A stretch of DNA of 63,849 bases, filler included, from an uncultured Methanosarcinales archaeon (GTDB taxonomy: Archaea > Nanobdellota > Nanobdellia > Woesearchaeales > CAZXZL01): the NCBI GenBank assembly GCA_964645415.1. It is 11 parts of 11 records of this genome, joined end to end, with 100 filler letters (N's around TTAATTAATTAA, not from the genome) between each part and the next. Parts side by side here need not be neighbours in the genome. Positions count along the whole stretch, not along the records: positions 1 to 7,110 come from CAZXZL010000044.1; positions 7,211 to 14,113 come from CAZXZL010000045.1; 9 more parts are not named here. One strand, 5' to 3'. Numbering within the stretch: position 1 is the stretch's first letter; each line of letters begins with the position of its first letter. This document shows positions 1 through 10,216 of this stretch, in pieces. Below the pieces are notes generated by a model. The model was given only the letters and a program-made list of their open reading frames with translations, had not been told where the DNA came from and made no database searches. The translations under genes were made by a program, and so were the position numbers.

Positions 1-135
1 AGATGATTTTGCCCTATTTTTTCTTTAGGTTTTTATTTTCTATATTCTTTAGAATATTTTTGATTTATTTTTAAGATTTTGTTGTTTTGGTAAATTATTT
101 AAATGAGCTTTTATTTTTAATTTTGATAAGTATTA

Positions 136-258
136 GCCGAGGTAGCTTAGTCGGCTATAGCACCACGCTCATAAGTTTATGAGCTATGATCGTATGCGAG
201 ATGATGCATACTCGACTGAGATACGTGGAGGTCGGGGGTTCAAGTCCCCCTCTCGGCA
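136..258 (+). tRNA. tRNA-Met (CAT) with a 49-nt intron (174..222) at canonical position 37/38
   Basis: Acceptor stem GCCGAGG/TCTCGGC+A, T arm GGGGG-TTCAAGT-CCCCC, anticodon stem CCACG/CGTGG, CAT at 170-172; bulge-helix-bulge CTCA(168-171)/TGAG(217-220). Confidence 0.92.
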
Positions 259-266
259 CTTTCTAT

Positions 267-1412
267 TTAAAATCCTGTTACTATCATGTTCTTTCTGTCT
301 TTTAACATTTCTTTTGTTGCATATATTTCCATTTCTGTTTTATTTAATGGTCTATATGTGTCTTTTAAAGAATCATACATTAATGATTGATATCTTAATT
401 TGTCAATCTTTTTTACTAATGATTTTGAAGGATATATGATTGGAGATATTTTAATGCTATATCTTTTATCTTCTAAGTCTCTTATTAGTTTTGTATATAT
501 TGCTGAAACTGTTGAGTTTAAAAAGAATGATGAATTTTTTCTTTTCTCTTCTTTTCTTTCAATTACTGGAAAAAATTGATTGAATTCTGATGTTGAAAAA
601 CCATAAAACTTTCTCCAATAATAACAATTTAATTCTTTGTCATTTTCTTTTTTTGTTAAAGGAATGTAAAATAATGATGCTTGATTTTTTTTTTTATGTT
701 TTCTTCTTGATGGTACTTTTCCAACTACTAAATCATTATATGGTCCATTATATGTTATTTGATCTTTTCTAAAATTATATAGAGAAACACCACATTCGTT
801 TTCAACAATTGATTGTTTTATGTACTGATTGTTTGGTGTTTTGTATTTTAATGTTAATAAGTTATGCTTGTCATTAGAATATGCTTCTTGAACTGAATCT
901 ATAATTTTATCTAATGTTATATTATTTTGTAGAAGTTCTTTTTTTGTGAAGTTTTCAATTCCACAATTTCTTAATACTTTCTTTGAATAAAGTAAGATTT
1001 CATCAAATTCTTTTGATTCATATATGTCTAAATATTTTTTTATCTTATCTTCATCTCTTTCGTTTAATATTAATTCAATTAATTTGTCTGTATTTTGTAA
1101 GTTGTCTATATCATAATTTTTTGATTTTAGTTTTTGAAGACCGTCATAAAATAATATCTTCTTTTCTAATTCGTTTATTTTTATTTTTGGATTTGTAAAA
1201 ATTATTTGATTCATTGGATAAGGAATTTCATTATCAAATATATTCAGTTTTTCTGTGTTTATGTTTTCACTTTCATCTATTAGATTTTGTGAGTAAAGAT
1301 TATCTAATGTATCTTTTATTCTATAATCTTTTTGAACTTCTTTTTTTTCACAATATGTATCTAATATCTCTTTCCTAGTTGGATAATAAAATAATCCTTC
1401 TTTTTGTTTCAT
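267..1412 (-). CDS. hypothetical protein (381 aa)
   Basis: Long ORF with no recognisable motif. Confidence 0.7.
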   Translation of the reverse strand: MKQKEGLFYYPTRKEILDTYCEKKEVQKDYRIKDTLDNLYSQNLIDESENINTEKLNIFDNEIPYPMNQIIFTNPKIKINELEKKILFYDGLQKLKSKNYDIDNLQNTDKLIELILNERDEDKIKKYLDIYESKEFDEILLYSKKVLRNCGIENFTKKELLQNNITLDKIIDSVQEAYSNDKHNLLTLKYKTPNNQYIKQSIVENECGVSLYNFRKDQITYNGPYNDLVVGKVPSRRKHKKKNQASLFYIPLTKKENDKELNCYYWRKFYGFSTSEFNQFFPVIERKEEKRKNSSFFLNSTVSAIYTKLIRDLEDKRYSIKISPIIYPSKSLVKKIDKLRYQSLMYDSLKDTYRPLNKTEMEIYATKEMLKDRKNMIVTGF

Positions 1413-1550
1413 GTTTACTATTGAAAGTTAGTTAATTTTAATAAAATTATCTTAAAAAGATTTGAATATATTTTATATTATTTGAATATAGTTATTTTGT
1501 AATAGAAAAATATAAATTCCTCTTTTTTGTTAATGTTTTATGGTGGTTTC

Positions 1551-2033
1551 ATGAAAATTGGTCTTATTTCAGATACACACAATAATTTAAAATCAACTAA
1601 GGAAGCTTTAATTTTATTTGAAAGATTAGATGTTGATAAGATATATCATTTGGGTGATTTAGTTAGTCCTGATGTTGCTGAAATGTTTCCAGAGGAATCT
1701 TACTTCTTAGTTGGAAATTGTGATAGTAGAGAATTAAAAGATTTTCTTGATGAAAATGATTACAATTTTTCTAATTCTTATGATCATGAGTATGATGGTA
1801 AAAGATTCTTTTTTATTCATGGCGATAATAGATTATTTTTGAATCGTATGATTAATGATGGTTTATTTGATTGTGTTATTCATGGACACACTCATACTAG
1901 AAAAAATAGAAAGAGAAATAGTACTCTTGTTGTAAATCCTGGTGCTTTAAGAGATGGAACTATTTCTGTAAATAAGACTGTTTGTGTTTTAGATACTGAA
2001 TCTTTAGATGTAGATTTCCATAAGATTGATTAA
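1551..2033 (+). CDS. YfcE/MJ0936-family metallophosphoesterase
   Basis: SDTH, GD, GNCD, HG and GHTH motifs, NPG; ATG at 1551 after GGTGG. Confidence 0.9.
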   Translation: MKIGLISDTHNNLKSTKEALILFERLDVDKIYHLGDLVSPDVAEMFPEESYFLVGNCDSRELKDFLDENDYNFSNSYDHEYDGKRFFFIHGDNRLFLNRMINDGLFDCVIHGHTHTRKNRKRNSTLVVNPGALRDGTISVNKTVCVLDTESLDVDFHKID

Positions 2034-2076
2034 AAATCGTTACATTTTTATATAGTTGTAACTTCTCAGTAACACA

Positions 2077-2598
2077 ATGTCAAAATATAATCAAAATTAT
2101 ATGGATATTTACTCTGATGATGAAAAGAATGATAATTCTTCAAATTTAAAAAAGTTAGTTGTTGGAGGTGTTGTTGCAAGTTTAATTGCTTGTGGTGCTT
2201 TTGCTTATAGTTTATATGATGATTATAAGAATCATCTTTCTCCAAAAGAAGAAATTACTCAGTATGTTGAAGGTTATGATTTTGAGGAGCATGAAAGTGA
2301 AGCTCTTGAAGTTATGATTGATGTTATTGATAGTAGTAAGAGAGGAGGTAGTTCTTATGATAATGTTAGTTATAATCTTGCTCTTAGTGATATGAGAAGT
2401 TCTTTTAATGGTAATGAAAGTGAGCTTGTTAAATTTTTAAATCAAAACATGAATAAAATTGGTGCTGATTTTTATGGAAAGAGAAATTATTCAAGTAGTG
2501 AAGATGAGTTAGATAATTTTTATAATATTGTTTCTGATAATTCTGGTTATGATCGTTTAGTTGATTTTATTGTTGAAAATCACTCATATCTTGAGTGA
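2077..2598 (+). CDS. hypothetical membrane-anchored acidic protein
   Basis: One N-terminal hydrophobic segment (LVVGGVVASLIACGAFAY) followed by an acidic domain. Confidence 0.7.
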   Translation: MSKYNQNYMDIYSDDEKNDNSSNLKKLVVGGVVASLIACGAFAYSLYDDYKNHLSPKEEITQYVEGYDFEEHESEALEVMIDVIDSSKRGGSSYDNVSYNLALSDMRSSFNGNESELVKFLNQNMNKIGADFYGKRNYSSSEDELDNFYNIVSDNSGYDRLVDFIVENHSYLE

Positions 2599-2661
2599 AT
2601 TTTCTTTCTTTTTCTTTTTTTCTTAACATTTATATAGTAACATTTTCAATTTATCTGATAG

Positions 2662-3579
2662 GTGAGTCTTATAATGGATGCTGTTGATAAATTAAAAAAT
2701 AGGGTTTTAGATCAATTTGATTTAATGGAAGAGGAGTTTTCTTGTGATTTTGATGATGTATGTGAAGATGTTTCTGATGTTAAATTAAAAGAAGAATTTT
2801 TAGATAAGGTTTCTAAGTTGAAAGAATTATATGAAGAAGGTAGTATTAATCCTTATTTTGATTTAAATCTTAATCTTGATGATAATAATGATCCTGTTGA
2901 TGATAATGTTGATATAGTATTTTTTGCTTTTTCTGGAAATCCTCCACATTGGGGACATATTATGGCTGGTTTTGATGCTTTAGTTGATTATGAAGCTGAT
3001 AAGGTTGTTTTTGTTAGTAATGGTGATGATCCAAGAAAAGATACTTTAAGGCCTGTTGATGTTAGATATGAATTGGTTAAAGATGTTGTTGATTTATTTT
3101 CACCTTTTTTTGAATTTAGTGAAATTGCTAAAAAACCTTACTTTGATGAAGATGTTCCTATGATTGGAGAATATACTTTATTTCGATTTTTTAAATTAAA
3201 TGAAGATAGTAATATTACTGCTTATTATTTTGCTGGTAGTGATCATCTAAATAGATATGTTGAAGATGATGATGGTAATAAAAGATTAGATACTGTTGGG
3301 CATTTAGAAAAATGTATTGATGATTCTATGTTTGGTTTTAATTCTGATTTACATGATGTTATTGGCTTATTTAATGCTAGAGATAAAGAAGAATTTGAAG
3401 AGAACCTTGAAAATATTGATGATCCTGAAATTGATATTGAAAGATTGGATCCGACTATTTCTTTTTCATCGACACAAATTAGAAATGCATTAAAAGGAGA
3501 AGATGATGAAGAGAAACTAATTATTCTTCCTTTTATTAATTATGTTAAAATAAAAGAGAATGGTTGGTATCAAAATTAA
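2662..3579 (+). CDS. NadD-like (cytidylyltransferase superfamily) nucleotidyltransferase with acidic N-terminal extension
   Basis: HxGH motif (GNPPHWGH), GSD and SSTQIR motifs. Confidence 0.7.
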   Translation: MSLIMDAVDKLKNRVLDQFDLMEEEFSCDFDDVCEDVSDVKLKEEFLDKVSKLKELYEEGSINPYFDLNLNLDDNNDPVDDNVDIVFFAFSGNPPHWGHIMAGFDALVDYEADKVVFVSNGDDPRKDTLRPVDVRYELVKDVVDLFSPFFEFSEIAKKPYFDEDVPMIGEYTLFRFFKLNEDSNITAYYFAGSDHLNRYVEDDDGNKRLDTVGHLEKCIDDSMFGFNSDLHDVIGLFNARDKEEFEENLENIDDPEIDIERLDPTISFSSTQIRNALKGEDDEEKLIILPFINYVKIKENGWYQN

Positions 3580-4397
3580 TTTTTATATTCTTTTAATTTT
3601 TTTATTCTTTCTTCTGTGTTTGGATGTGTACTAAATAATGATAGCATTTTTTCTTTTTGAAATGGATTTATTATAAACATATTTGATGTTACATGTTGTG
3701 ATTTTGTTGCACTAATTTTTTGACTTTCATTAATTTTATTTAATGCACTAATTAGTCCTTCTGGATTATTTGTAATTTCATAACTTCCTTTGTCAGCAAG
3801 ATATTCTCTTGATCTTGAGATTGCCATTCTAATTATTGTTGCTGTTAATGGAATAAATATTGCTGCAATAATATATCCTAATCCTTTACTTGCTCTTTTT
3901 CCACTACTAAAAATAGCTCCCCATCTAAGGAAGAATGCCATGTATGTAATTGTCATTGCAATTACTGAGGCAACTGTTGAAATTAAAGTGTCTCTGTTTT
4001 TAATGTGAGATATTTCGTGAGCAATTACTCCTTTTAATTCTTCATTATTTAATTTATCTACTAATTTATCTGTTACACAAATTACTGAATTTTTAGGATT
4101 TCTTCCTGTTGCAAATGCGTTAGGAAAATTCATTTCAGAAATGTATGTTTTTGGAGCAGGTATGTTTGCTTTTAATGCAGCTTCTTTTACCATGTCTTTA
4201 ATTTTACCTGTTCTAATCTCTTCTGCTTTATACATTTTAAGAATTATTTTATCTGAATGCCAATAACTCACAATATTAATTGCTAAAGCTATTATTAGAC
4301 CAACTAATAATCCTCTTTCTCCAAATAATGAGCCTATAAATAAAAGTAAGGCTGACATTAATCCAAGTAGGATGAATGTTTTTATTCTATTAAACAT
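3576..4397 (-). CDS. htpX: zinc metalloprotease HtpX
   Basis: PNAFATGR, HEISH, SRSREYLAD, THP motifs; TM helices. Confidence 0.93.
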   Translation of the reverse strand: MFNRIKTFILLGLMSALLLFIGSLFGERGLLVGLIIALAINIVSYWHSDKIILKMYKAEEIRTGKIKDMVKEAALKANIPAPKTYISEMNFPNAFATGRNPKNSVICVTDKLVDKLNNEELKGVIAHEISHIKNRDTLISTVASVIAMTITYMAFFLRWGAIFSSGKRASKGLGYIIAAIFIPLTATIIRMAISRSREYLADKGSYEITNNPEGLISALNKINESQKISATKSQHVTSNMFIINPFQKEKMLSLFSTHPNTEERIKKLKEYKN

Positions 4398-4442
4398 GTT
4401 ACTTTTAAGAATTATAATTTAGTTTATAAAATTTATTTATTT

Positions 4443-5168
4443 TTATTTCCAGGATTTTGTTCCTATGTCTTTAAAGAATTCTTTTACTCTTTCTATTTTA
4501 TTTTTTATTCTTTTTTTTCTATATGTGTTTTTTAATTCTTTTAATTCATCTATTTTTTCACTTTCATATTCAGAAATAATTGCTAATTTGTGATATTTTT
4601 TAATTTGTTTTATTTTATTTTTTAATGGTAAATCTTTGTTTTCTTCTATAATCTCTTCTATTTTTTCAAAACCTTGATCTCCAAGAAAAGCTAATCCTTT
4701 AAAATAATTAAATTCATATTCTTTTTTTTGCTTTTGTATATCATTAATTTCATCTGTTATTTTAAAACATTCTTCTATATCTCTTTCTCCTTTAATATAT
4801 TCTTTAATGTAGTTTTTAAAAATATCTTCCATTCCATACTGATTTTTCATCTTTTTGTATGTCTTTTTTGCTAATTCATAATGATTATTTTTAACTGAAA
4901 TATCTGCTAAGTTATTTATTTTATCTTCTAAGTAATTATCTTTATTATAAAATTCATCTAATGGTATTCCTACTATTTCTTCTTCCTCTGATTCACTATA
5001 GTATTCTATAAATGAGATATCAATTAATTTTTCAAGAGCTGATTTATTTGAGTAAAGAACTTCTTCTAGTGTATCTTTATTTTTTTCAAGAAGATAATCA
5101 GAAAACTCAGTATTAAGATTGTTTCTTATTTTAAGATACTCATTAATTTCTTTATTTTTATATCTCAT
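4443..5168 (-). CDS. hypothetical protein (241 aa, helical and charged)
   Basis: ORF only. Confidence 0.65.
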   Translation of the reverse strand: MRYKNKEINEYLKIRNNLNTEFSDYLLEKNKDTLEEVLYSNKSALEKLIDISFIEYYSESEEEEIVGIPLDEFYNKDNYLEDKINNLADISVKNNHYELAKKTYKKMKNQYGMEDIFKNYIKEYIKGERDIEECFKITDEINDIQKQKKEYEFNYFKGLAFLGDQGFEKIEEIIEENKDLPLKNKIKQIKKYHKLAIISEYESEKIDELKELKNTYRKKRIKNKIERVKEFFKDIGTKSWK

Positions 5169-5264
5169 ATATATTGTAGTTTTCGTTTATTTATATTTTT
5201 TACTATTAAGTGATAAAGTAATTTTTTATTAGTATTAATTCGACTAATTGTTTAGGTGATAGAT

Positions 5265-5996
5265 ATGTTTGATTTAAATGGAAAGGTTGCTATTGTTACT
5301 GGTGCAAGTGGTGGAATTGGTCGTTCTATGGCGATTGGTTTGTCTGAGCAAGGTGCTGATGTTGCAATTTTTGATGTTAAAGATGGAAGTGATGTTGCTT
5401 CTGAGATTGAAACTAAGTCTGAATTTTATCAAGTTGATGTTACTAATGAAGAGAGTGTAGAAGATGCAGTTTCTTCTGTTGTTGATGAGTTTGGAAAAAT
5501 TGATATTTTAATTAATAATGCTGGTGTTCATTTTTCTAAACCTATGGTTGATACTGATTTAAGTGAGTGGAAGAATCTTATGGAAATCAATGTTGATGGT
5601 TATTTTATTGTTTCAAAAAAGGTTTATCCAAATATGAATGAAGATTCAAGAATTATTAATATTGCATCTATTGCAGGTCATCATGCTTTCTTTAATTCTG
5701 CAGCTTATAATTCAAGTAAAGGTGCTGTTATTCAATTGACTAAGTCTATGGCAATGGAGTTTGCTGATAAGGCTAATGTTAATGTTGTTTGTCCTGGTGT
5801 TTTTGTTACTCCTATGACTGAAGATATGGTTAAGACTGATGAGATGATGGCACTTATTGAAAGTTCAGTAATTAAAAAAAGAACTGCTGATGCTGATGAG
5901 ATTAAAGGACTTGCAGTATATTTAGCTAGTGATGAATGTAGTTATATGACTGGATCTGTAATTACTATTGATGGCGGTTGGACTTGTCATCTTTAA
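5265..5996 (+). CDS. short-chain dehydrogenase/reductase (FabG/KduD-like)
   Basis: TGASGGIG, NNAG, YNSSK, IDGG motifs. Confidence 0.93.
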   Translation: MFDLNGKVAIVTGASGGIGRSMAIGLSEQGADVAIFDVKDGSDVASEIETKSEFYQVDVTNEESVEDAVSSVVDEFGKIDILINNAGVHFSKPMVDTDLSEWKNLMEINVDGYFIVSKKVYPNMNEDSRIINIASIAGHHAFFNSAAYNSSKGAVIQLTKSMAMEFADKANVNVVCPGVFVTPMTEDMVKTDEMMALIESSVIKKRTADADEIKGLAVYLASDECSYMTGSVITIDGGWTCHL

Positions 5997-6650
5997 TTTT
6001 TTTTTGTTTTTTTCCTAATTATTAAGATAATTTTATAAATGAGATATACTAAAACAAGGTTGTTGTGTTTTGGGGGAACCCAATAATATTATTCTGATAT
6101 GATTAAAAGATCATGAAAATCCGTGAAAATCACGTCACTCAAATAGGAATTGGTTTATTTATTAATACATTAATATACAATAATGTGACATAAATTAGGA
6201 TTCAATAAAATAATTTTGTATTGGCTTTAATTTTACTTTAAGTGTGTTTTTAGTTTTTATTTATGTTTTTATTTGATTTTTGTGGTGTTTTTTAGTTATT
6301 TTTATAAAATATAGGTTAAATAGTTACTTTTATAAATTAGTTGAATTTTTTTGTTATATGATTTTTGTTTTTTTGTTATTAATTGACTTGATTTTAGTTA
6401 TTTAGTGATTTTAAGTGATTTTTAAGAGGTTTCATTTACATGAGGTTGTTTTTGGTGTTGGTGTTATTTGTTTGTAGTGAAACTCTGTGTTTGTTTTTTA
6501 TAGGTGTTATAGTGTCTCTATTGAAAATGAGTGGTTTTTTAATGGTGAAAACAATGAAAAACTTTATAAATCAAGTGTGTTGTTAAGTAAGTAATTTTGG
6601 CTTTAGGCCATAAGTTTATGATTTTAAGTATTTTAATTTGAGGTGAAAAA

Positions 6651-7110
6651 ATGCAAATGAAGAAAGTTGTTAAAGGTATTGTAGCTGTAGGTAGTGCTGC
6701 TCTATTAATGGGTTCTACTGCTCTAGGAGCTACTTTAGGAGATTTTCCTGCTCCTTATTCGGAGGATGGAGAATTTAATGGTAATTTAGTTGTTGGTGCT
6801 GACGCAGCAACTGCAGACGTTATTGGTGCAGTTGACGTTGCTGGTGCTTTACAAGCAGCTAACGTTGATGAAGAGATGGTAACTGTTGATGCATCTGGTG
6901 ATTACACCGTTGATGTAGAAGACGGTATCAACTTAGAAGGAAGAAGAGAATTAAACTTAGATAATCATTTAGCTTCTGTAAGAAGTGTATATGATTCTGA
7001 TGCTCTTCCAGAACTTTTAAGTGATAGTACATTATATAGTGACTCTTCTCCAAGTGACAAAGACTTAACAGAAAGAATTGAATTAAGAGATGGTTTTGAT
7101 ATTCAATTTG
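6651..7110 (+). CDS. S-layer protein, N-terminal part (truncated by contig end)
   Basis: Signal peptide plus VVGADAATADVIGAVDVA; paralogous to 7624..9900; GAGGTGA RBS. Confidence 0.82.
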
Positions 7111-7210
7111 NNNNNNNNNNNNNNNNNNNNNNNNNNNNNNNNNNNNNNNNNNNNTTAATTAATTAANNNNNNNNNNNNNNNNNNNNNNNNNNNNNNNNNN
7201 NNNNNNNNNN
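7111..7210. other. artificial contig linker (N44-TTAATTAATTAA-N44); also at 14114, 21002, 27369, 33430, 39487, 45012, 50046, 55062 and 59766
   Basis: Identical 100-nt spacers with stops in all six frames; contig lengths decrease monotonically. Confidence 0.97.
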
Positions 7211-7560
7211 AAGTTTTTAATCTACGATTAAACACCCTTAAAAGTTTGTAATTTTATATTACACACTTCTAAACTTTAGTTTAGTAATCTTTGATTTTAT
7301 ATGCTTTTAAATTTTTAATTTAACAAGTTCTAAACTTTAGTTTAATAAATTGACCAGGATGGTACCATTCTAAAGAATGGCACGGTAGTTCCGATAAATT
7401 TCTATTTCTATTTATTATTGTTTTTATAAACTTCCATTACTTTGTTTTTGGATGATTTTGATTTCTATGCTATCGAAGATGACTCTGCCCTACTATTTTT
7501 CGAAGAAGATTAAACGAAGCTTTTTGAACTTAGAAAGATTTACTTTAGTAATTTAGGAAA
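7211..7560 (-). repeat. modular intergenic repeat copy, hairpin core at 7362..7383
   Basis: Reverse complement GGAACTACCGTGCCATTCTTTAGAATGGTACCATCCTGGTCAA plus CTAAAGTTTAGAACTTGTTAAATTAAAAATTTAAAAG tail. Confidence 0.88.
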
Positions 7561-7578
7561 AATAAAGAAAATGTAAAG

Positions 7579-7614
7579 AAAAAAAAAGAAAAAACGCCAC
7601 TTATGAAGTGACGT
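7579..7614 (-). terminator. hairpin plus poly-T terminator downstream of the S-layer gene
   Basis: Minus strand ACGTCACTT-CAT-AAGTGGCGT followed by a T-tract, starting 10 nt after the stop. Confidence 0.7.
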
Positions 7615-7623
7615 ATGCTACTC

Positions 7624-9900
7624 TTACTCAACTGGAGAAATCTCTAAGTCTGCCATTGATGTTCCAGTTATTAACACTTCTTCTCCACTTAGATCATAAT
7701 CCATATGATCTGCTAATACTTTTGATGCATGTCTTGTATCTTGTGCTTCATAACCTGCTACAACCATAGCAACATAGTCTCCATGTTCAATTAATTTGAT
7801 GAAAGCTTGTCCTTCACCAAATCCTTCTGGTCCTGTATACTCACCTAATAAATCTGCTGAGACATCATTTGCAGCTGGACCACCAACGGAAATAATGTTT
7901 CTATCTCTATTATCTATGTTAATTTCTGTATCAAGATAAGCCATTCCTGAACCAATTCTAACTACTTGATCATAGGTGTACTCTGTTTCTTCACCATGTG
8001 AGATTGATATTTCTACATCACTATTTCCAAGTGCAGCAGCAAATTCTCTTGCGTCTTCACCAGGATAGTATAATTCAATCCTATGGTTATCATCTTCATC
8101 AACTATGAAGTATGTTCCATGTTCAGTTAACCCATAACCAATATCGTCATCATCTTCCCAACTATATGTTTCAATGTCAATTAAATCAAATTCTAATTCT
8201 CCATCATCAACTGATAAATTTAATTCAATTGAATCCATATCTTCTTCAACTAATGTAATAACTACATCATCTGAATCATCTAAGTTGTCTTGATTAATTT
8301 GAATTTCCATCCCATCTCTTGTGTGGATTGTATTTGCAATTATTTCTGAACCAAAGTTTACTAAGTCCATATCATCTCCGTAAAAATAATCACCAGCCTC
8401 ATAAGTTCTTTCTCTACCAGTAATTACATTTCTAATAATTACTTCATCATCATTTCCAACACTACTACTTCTACTACGGATTTCAAATAATCTTGTTAAA
8501 TACTCTCCACCACCTACATACTCGTTGTGTAAAAATTTGTCTCCTCTACTAAACATACTATCATCATTCAAATTAATGTCATTAGTTAAAAGGAAATTAT
8601 TTAACTTATGTACATTATCATCTGCTTTGATTGGTTCAATTCTAACACTGTCACCATCATAATTATCAAAGTCTATTCTCAAAAGATCATCACTTCTAAT
8701 CTCAAAGTTAACATAATCTCCACTTTCAAATTCTCCTTTGAGACCATCAAATGCTAATGTAATTTGACCAAATACTGGATCACTAATTCTTTCATTTGGT
8801 AATAATTTGGTTTCTTCAAAATCATAAAAATCTTCCATAATTTCTACAAAATCAAATGTAAATACCAAATCATTAACACTATCAAAACCAGTAATTGTTC
8901 CAGGTTCATCAATGTAGTAACCAACACCATCTATGTCATCACCATTTAACTCAATTTCACCACCACTTAAAATTAATTCATCACTTCCAAGCATTAAGTC
9001 AACGATGATAAATGTTCTGTCACCAATATCAGAATACATAATGTCTCTTACTCTGATTTCTTCACCATGAACTCTAATTGTATCACCAATTCCTCTACTA
9101 CGTCTTCTTCCATCAACATCTAAAACAACACTATCTGTAGTTCCACCTACAAGTTCAATAGTGACATCTTCACCACCAATAGTAAAAGTTTTGCTTTCTC
9201 CAAGTTCTAAAGCTGCTTCTTGTGTAGAACCATATAATACTAATTCTGAGTCATCATCTTGCTCAGCAATTACATATGGTCTTCCAAGAATAACTATTTC
9301 TTCACTTTCATCATACTCTAAAAAATTAACTTCATCATCAAAGTCAATTGTTAAATTAATTTCATTCTCTCCAAAAAAGTAAATAAATTCAGATACTATA
9401 TCTTCATCATCAACTTCAACGTTTCCAAAAGTGATATTCATTCCATCAGTTGGTAATCTTAATCTTTCTGAAAATTCAATATCACCATTTGTTCCGGTAT
9501 CATCAACAATCTCACTTTCAGATAATAATTCAGGTAAAGAATCAAAGTCATATCTACTTCTTGAAGCACTAATAACATCTCCAAGATTTAATTTAACTCC
9601 TCTACTCTCTAAAGCGATACCATCTGAAACGGAAATTGAAATGTCACCGATTCCTTCAATTGAAATAATTTCTTCTCTAACATTATCTGCTTGTAATCCT
9701 GCAGCAACATCAACAGCACCAATAACATCTGCAGTTGCAGCATTTGCACCAACAACAATAGATCCATCAAAATGTCCATCCTCAGTAAATGGTGATGGAT
9801 AATTACCTAAATCCATTGCTCCAGCAACTAAGGTAGAACCCATTAAAATACTTGCACTACCTAAAGCTACAATACCTTTAATTGTTTTTTTAAAATTCAT
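7624..9900 (-). CDS. S-layer protein (S_layer_N/S_layer_C type, highly acidic)
   Basis: Signal peptide, IVVGANAATADVIGA N-domain, SVGGPAAN and VVAGYEAQDT C-domain motifs. Confidence 0.88.
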   Translation of the reverse strand: MNFKKTIKGIVALGSASILMGSTLVAGAMDLGNYPSPFTEDGHFDGSIVVGANAATADVIGAVDVAAGLQADNVREEIISIEGIGDISISVSDGIALESRGVKLNLGDVISASRSRYDFDSLPELLSESEIVDDTGTNGDIEFSERLRLPTDGMNITFGNVEVDDEDIVSEFIYFFGENEINLTIDFDDEVNFLEYDESEEIVILGRPYVIAEQDDDSELVLYGSTQEAALELGESKTFTIGGEDVTIELVGGTTDSVVLDVDGRRRSRGIGDTIRVHGEEIRVRDIMYSDIGDRTFIIVDLMLGSDELILSGGEIELNGDDIDGVGYYIDEPGTITGFDSVNDLVFTFDFVEIMEDFYDFEETKLLPNERISDPVFGQITLAFDGLKGEFESGDYVNFEIRSDDLLRIDFDNYDGDSVRIEPIKADDNVHKLNNFLLTNDINLNDDSMFSRGDKFLHNEYVGGGEYLTRLFEIRSRSSSVGNDDEVIIRNVITGRERTYEAGDYFYGDDMDLVNFGSEIIANTIHTRDGMEIQINQDNLDDSDDVVITLVEEDMDSIELNLSVDDGELEFDLIDIETYSWEDDDDIGYGLTEHGTYFIVDEDDNHRIELYYPGEDAREFAAALGNSDVEISISHGEETEYTYDQVVRIGSGMAYLDTEINIDNRDRNIISVGGPAANDVSADLLGEYTGPEGFGEGQAFIKLIEHGDYVAMVVAGYEAQDTRHASKVLADHMDYDLSGEEVLITGTSMADLEISPVE

Positions 9901-10216
9901 TTTTTCACCTCATATCTCCAATATTTTTTTGAAGATATTTCAGATTAAACTAGTTAGGTATGCTAATCTAATTTATATATATTTCTATATTGAGAGGTTT
10001 ATAACTAACATAAAAGAAAATAAAACAATTAAAACAAACTTAAAAGGCAAGTAATTGTCAATTAAAATTAAAAAGAGCATTAAACCAACAATATAATTAA
10101 AGAAGAGTTTAAAAAAATAGGTATAAAAGAAAAATAAAATAAAAATTAAGTATTTACAAAAAAATATTCAATAAATTAAAAATAAGTAAAAAAAGAATTA
10201 AATTAAAAAGAGATTA

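Noticed and set aside
179..439. 86-aa ORF and other short antisense ORFs in the track (for example 590, 983, 3790, 9161, 9431, 31060, 38378, 54819)
   Set aside because: They overlap a tRNA, lie antisense to well-supported genes, or sit within repeats, and have low-complexity translations.
258..5168. Possible genomic island integrated at tRNA-Met
   Set aside because: No integrase and no duplicated tRNA 3' end seen; the neighbours include ordinary genes such as htpX.
7111..7210. Repeated TTAATTAATTAA palindrome within N runs
   Set aside because: Artificial six-frame-stop linker between contigs, not biological.
6651..9900. Convergent S-layer genes read as an invertible locus
   Set aside because: A contig linker separates them, so their relative position and orientation are unknown.
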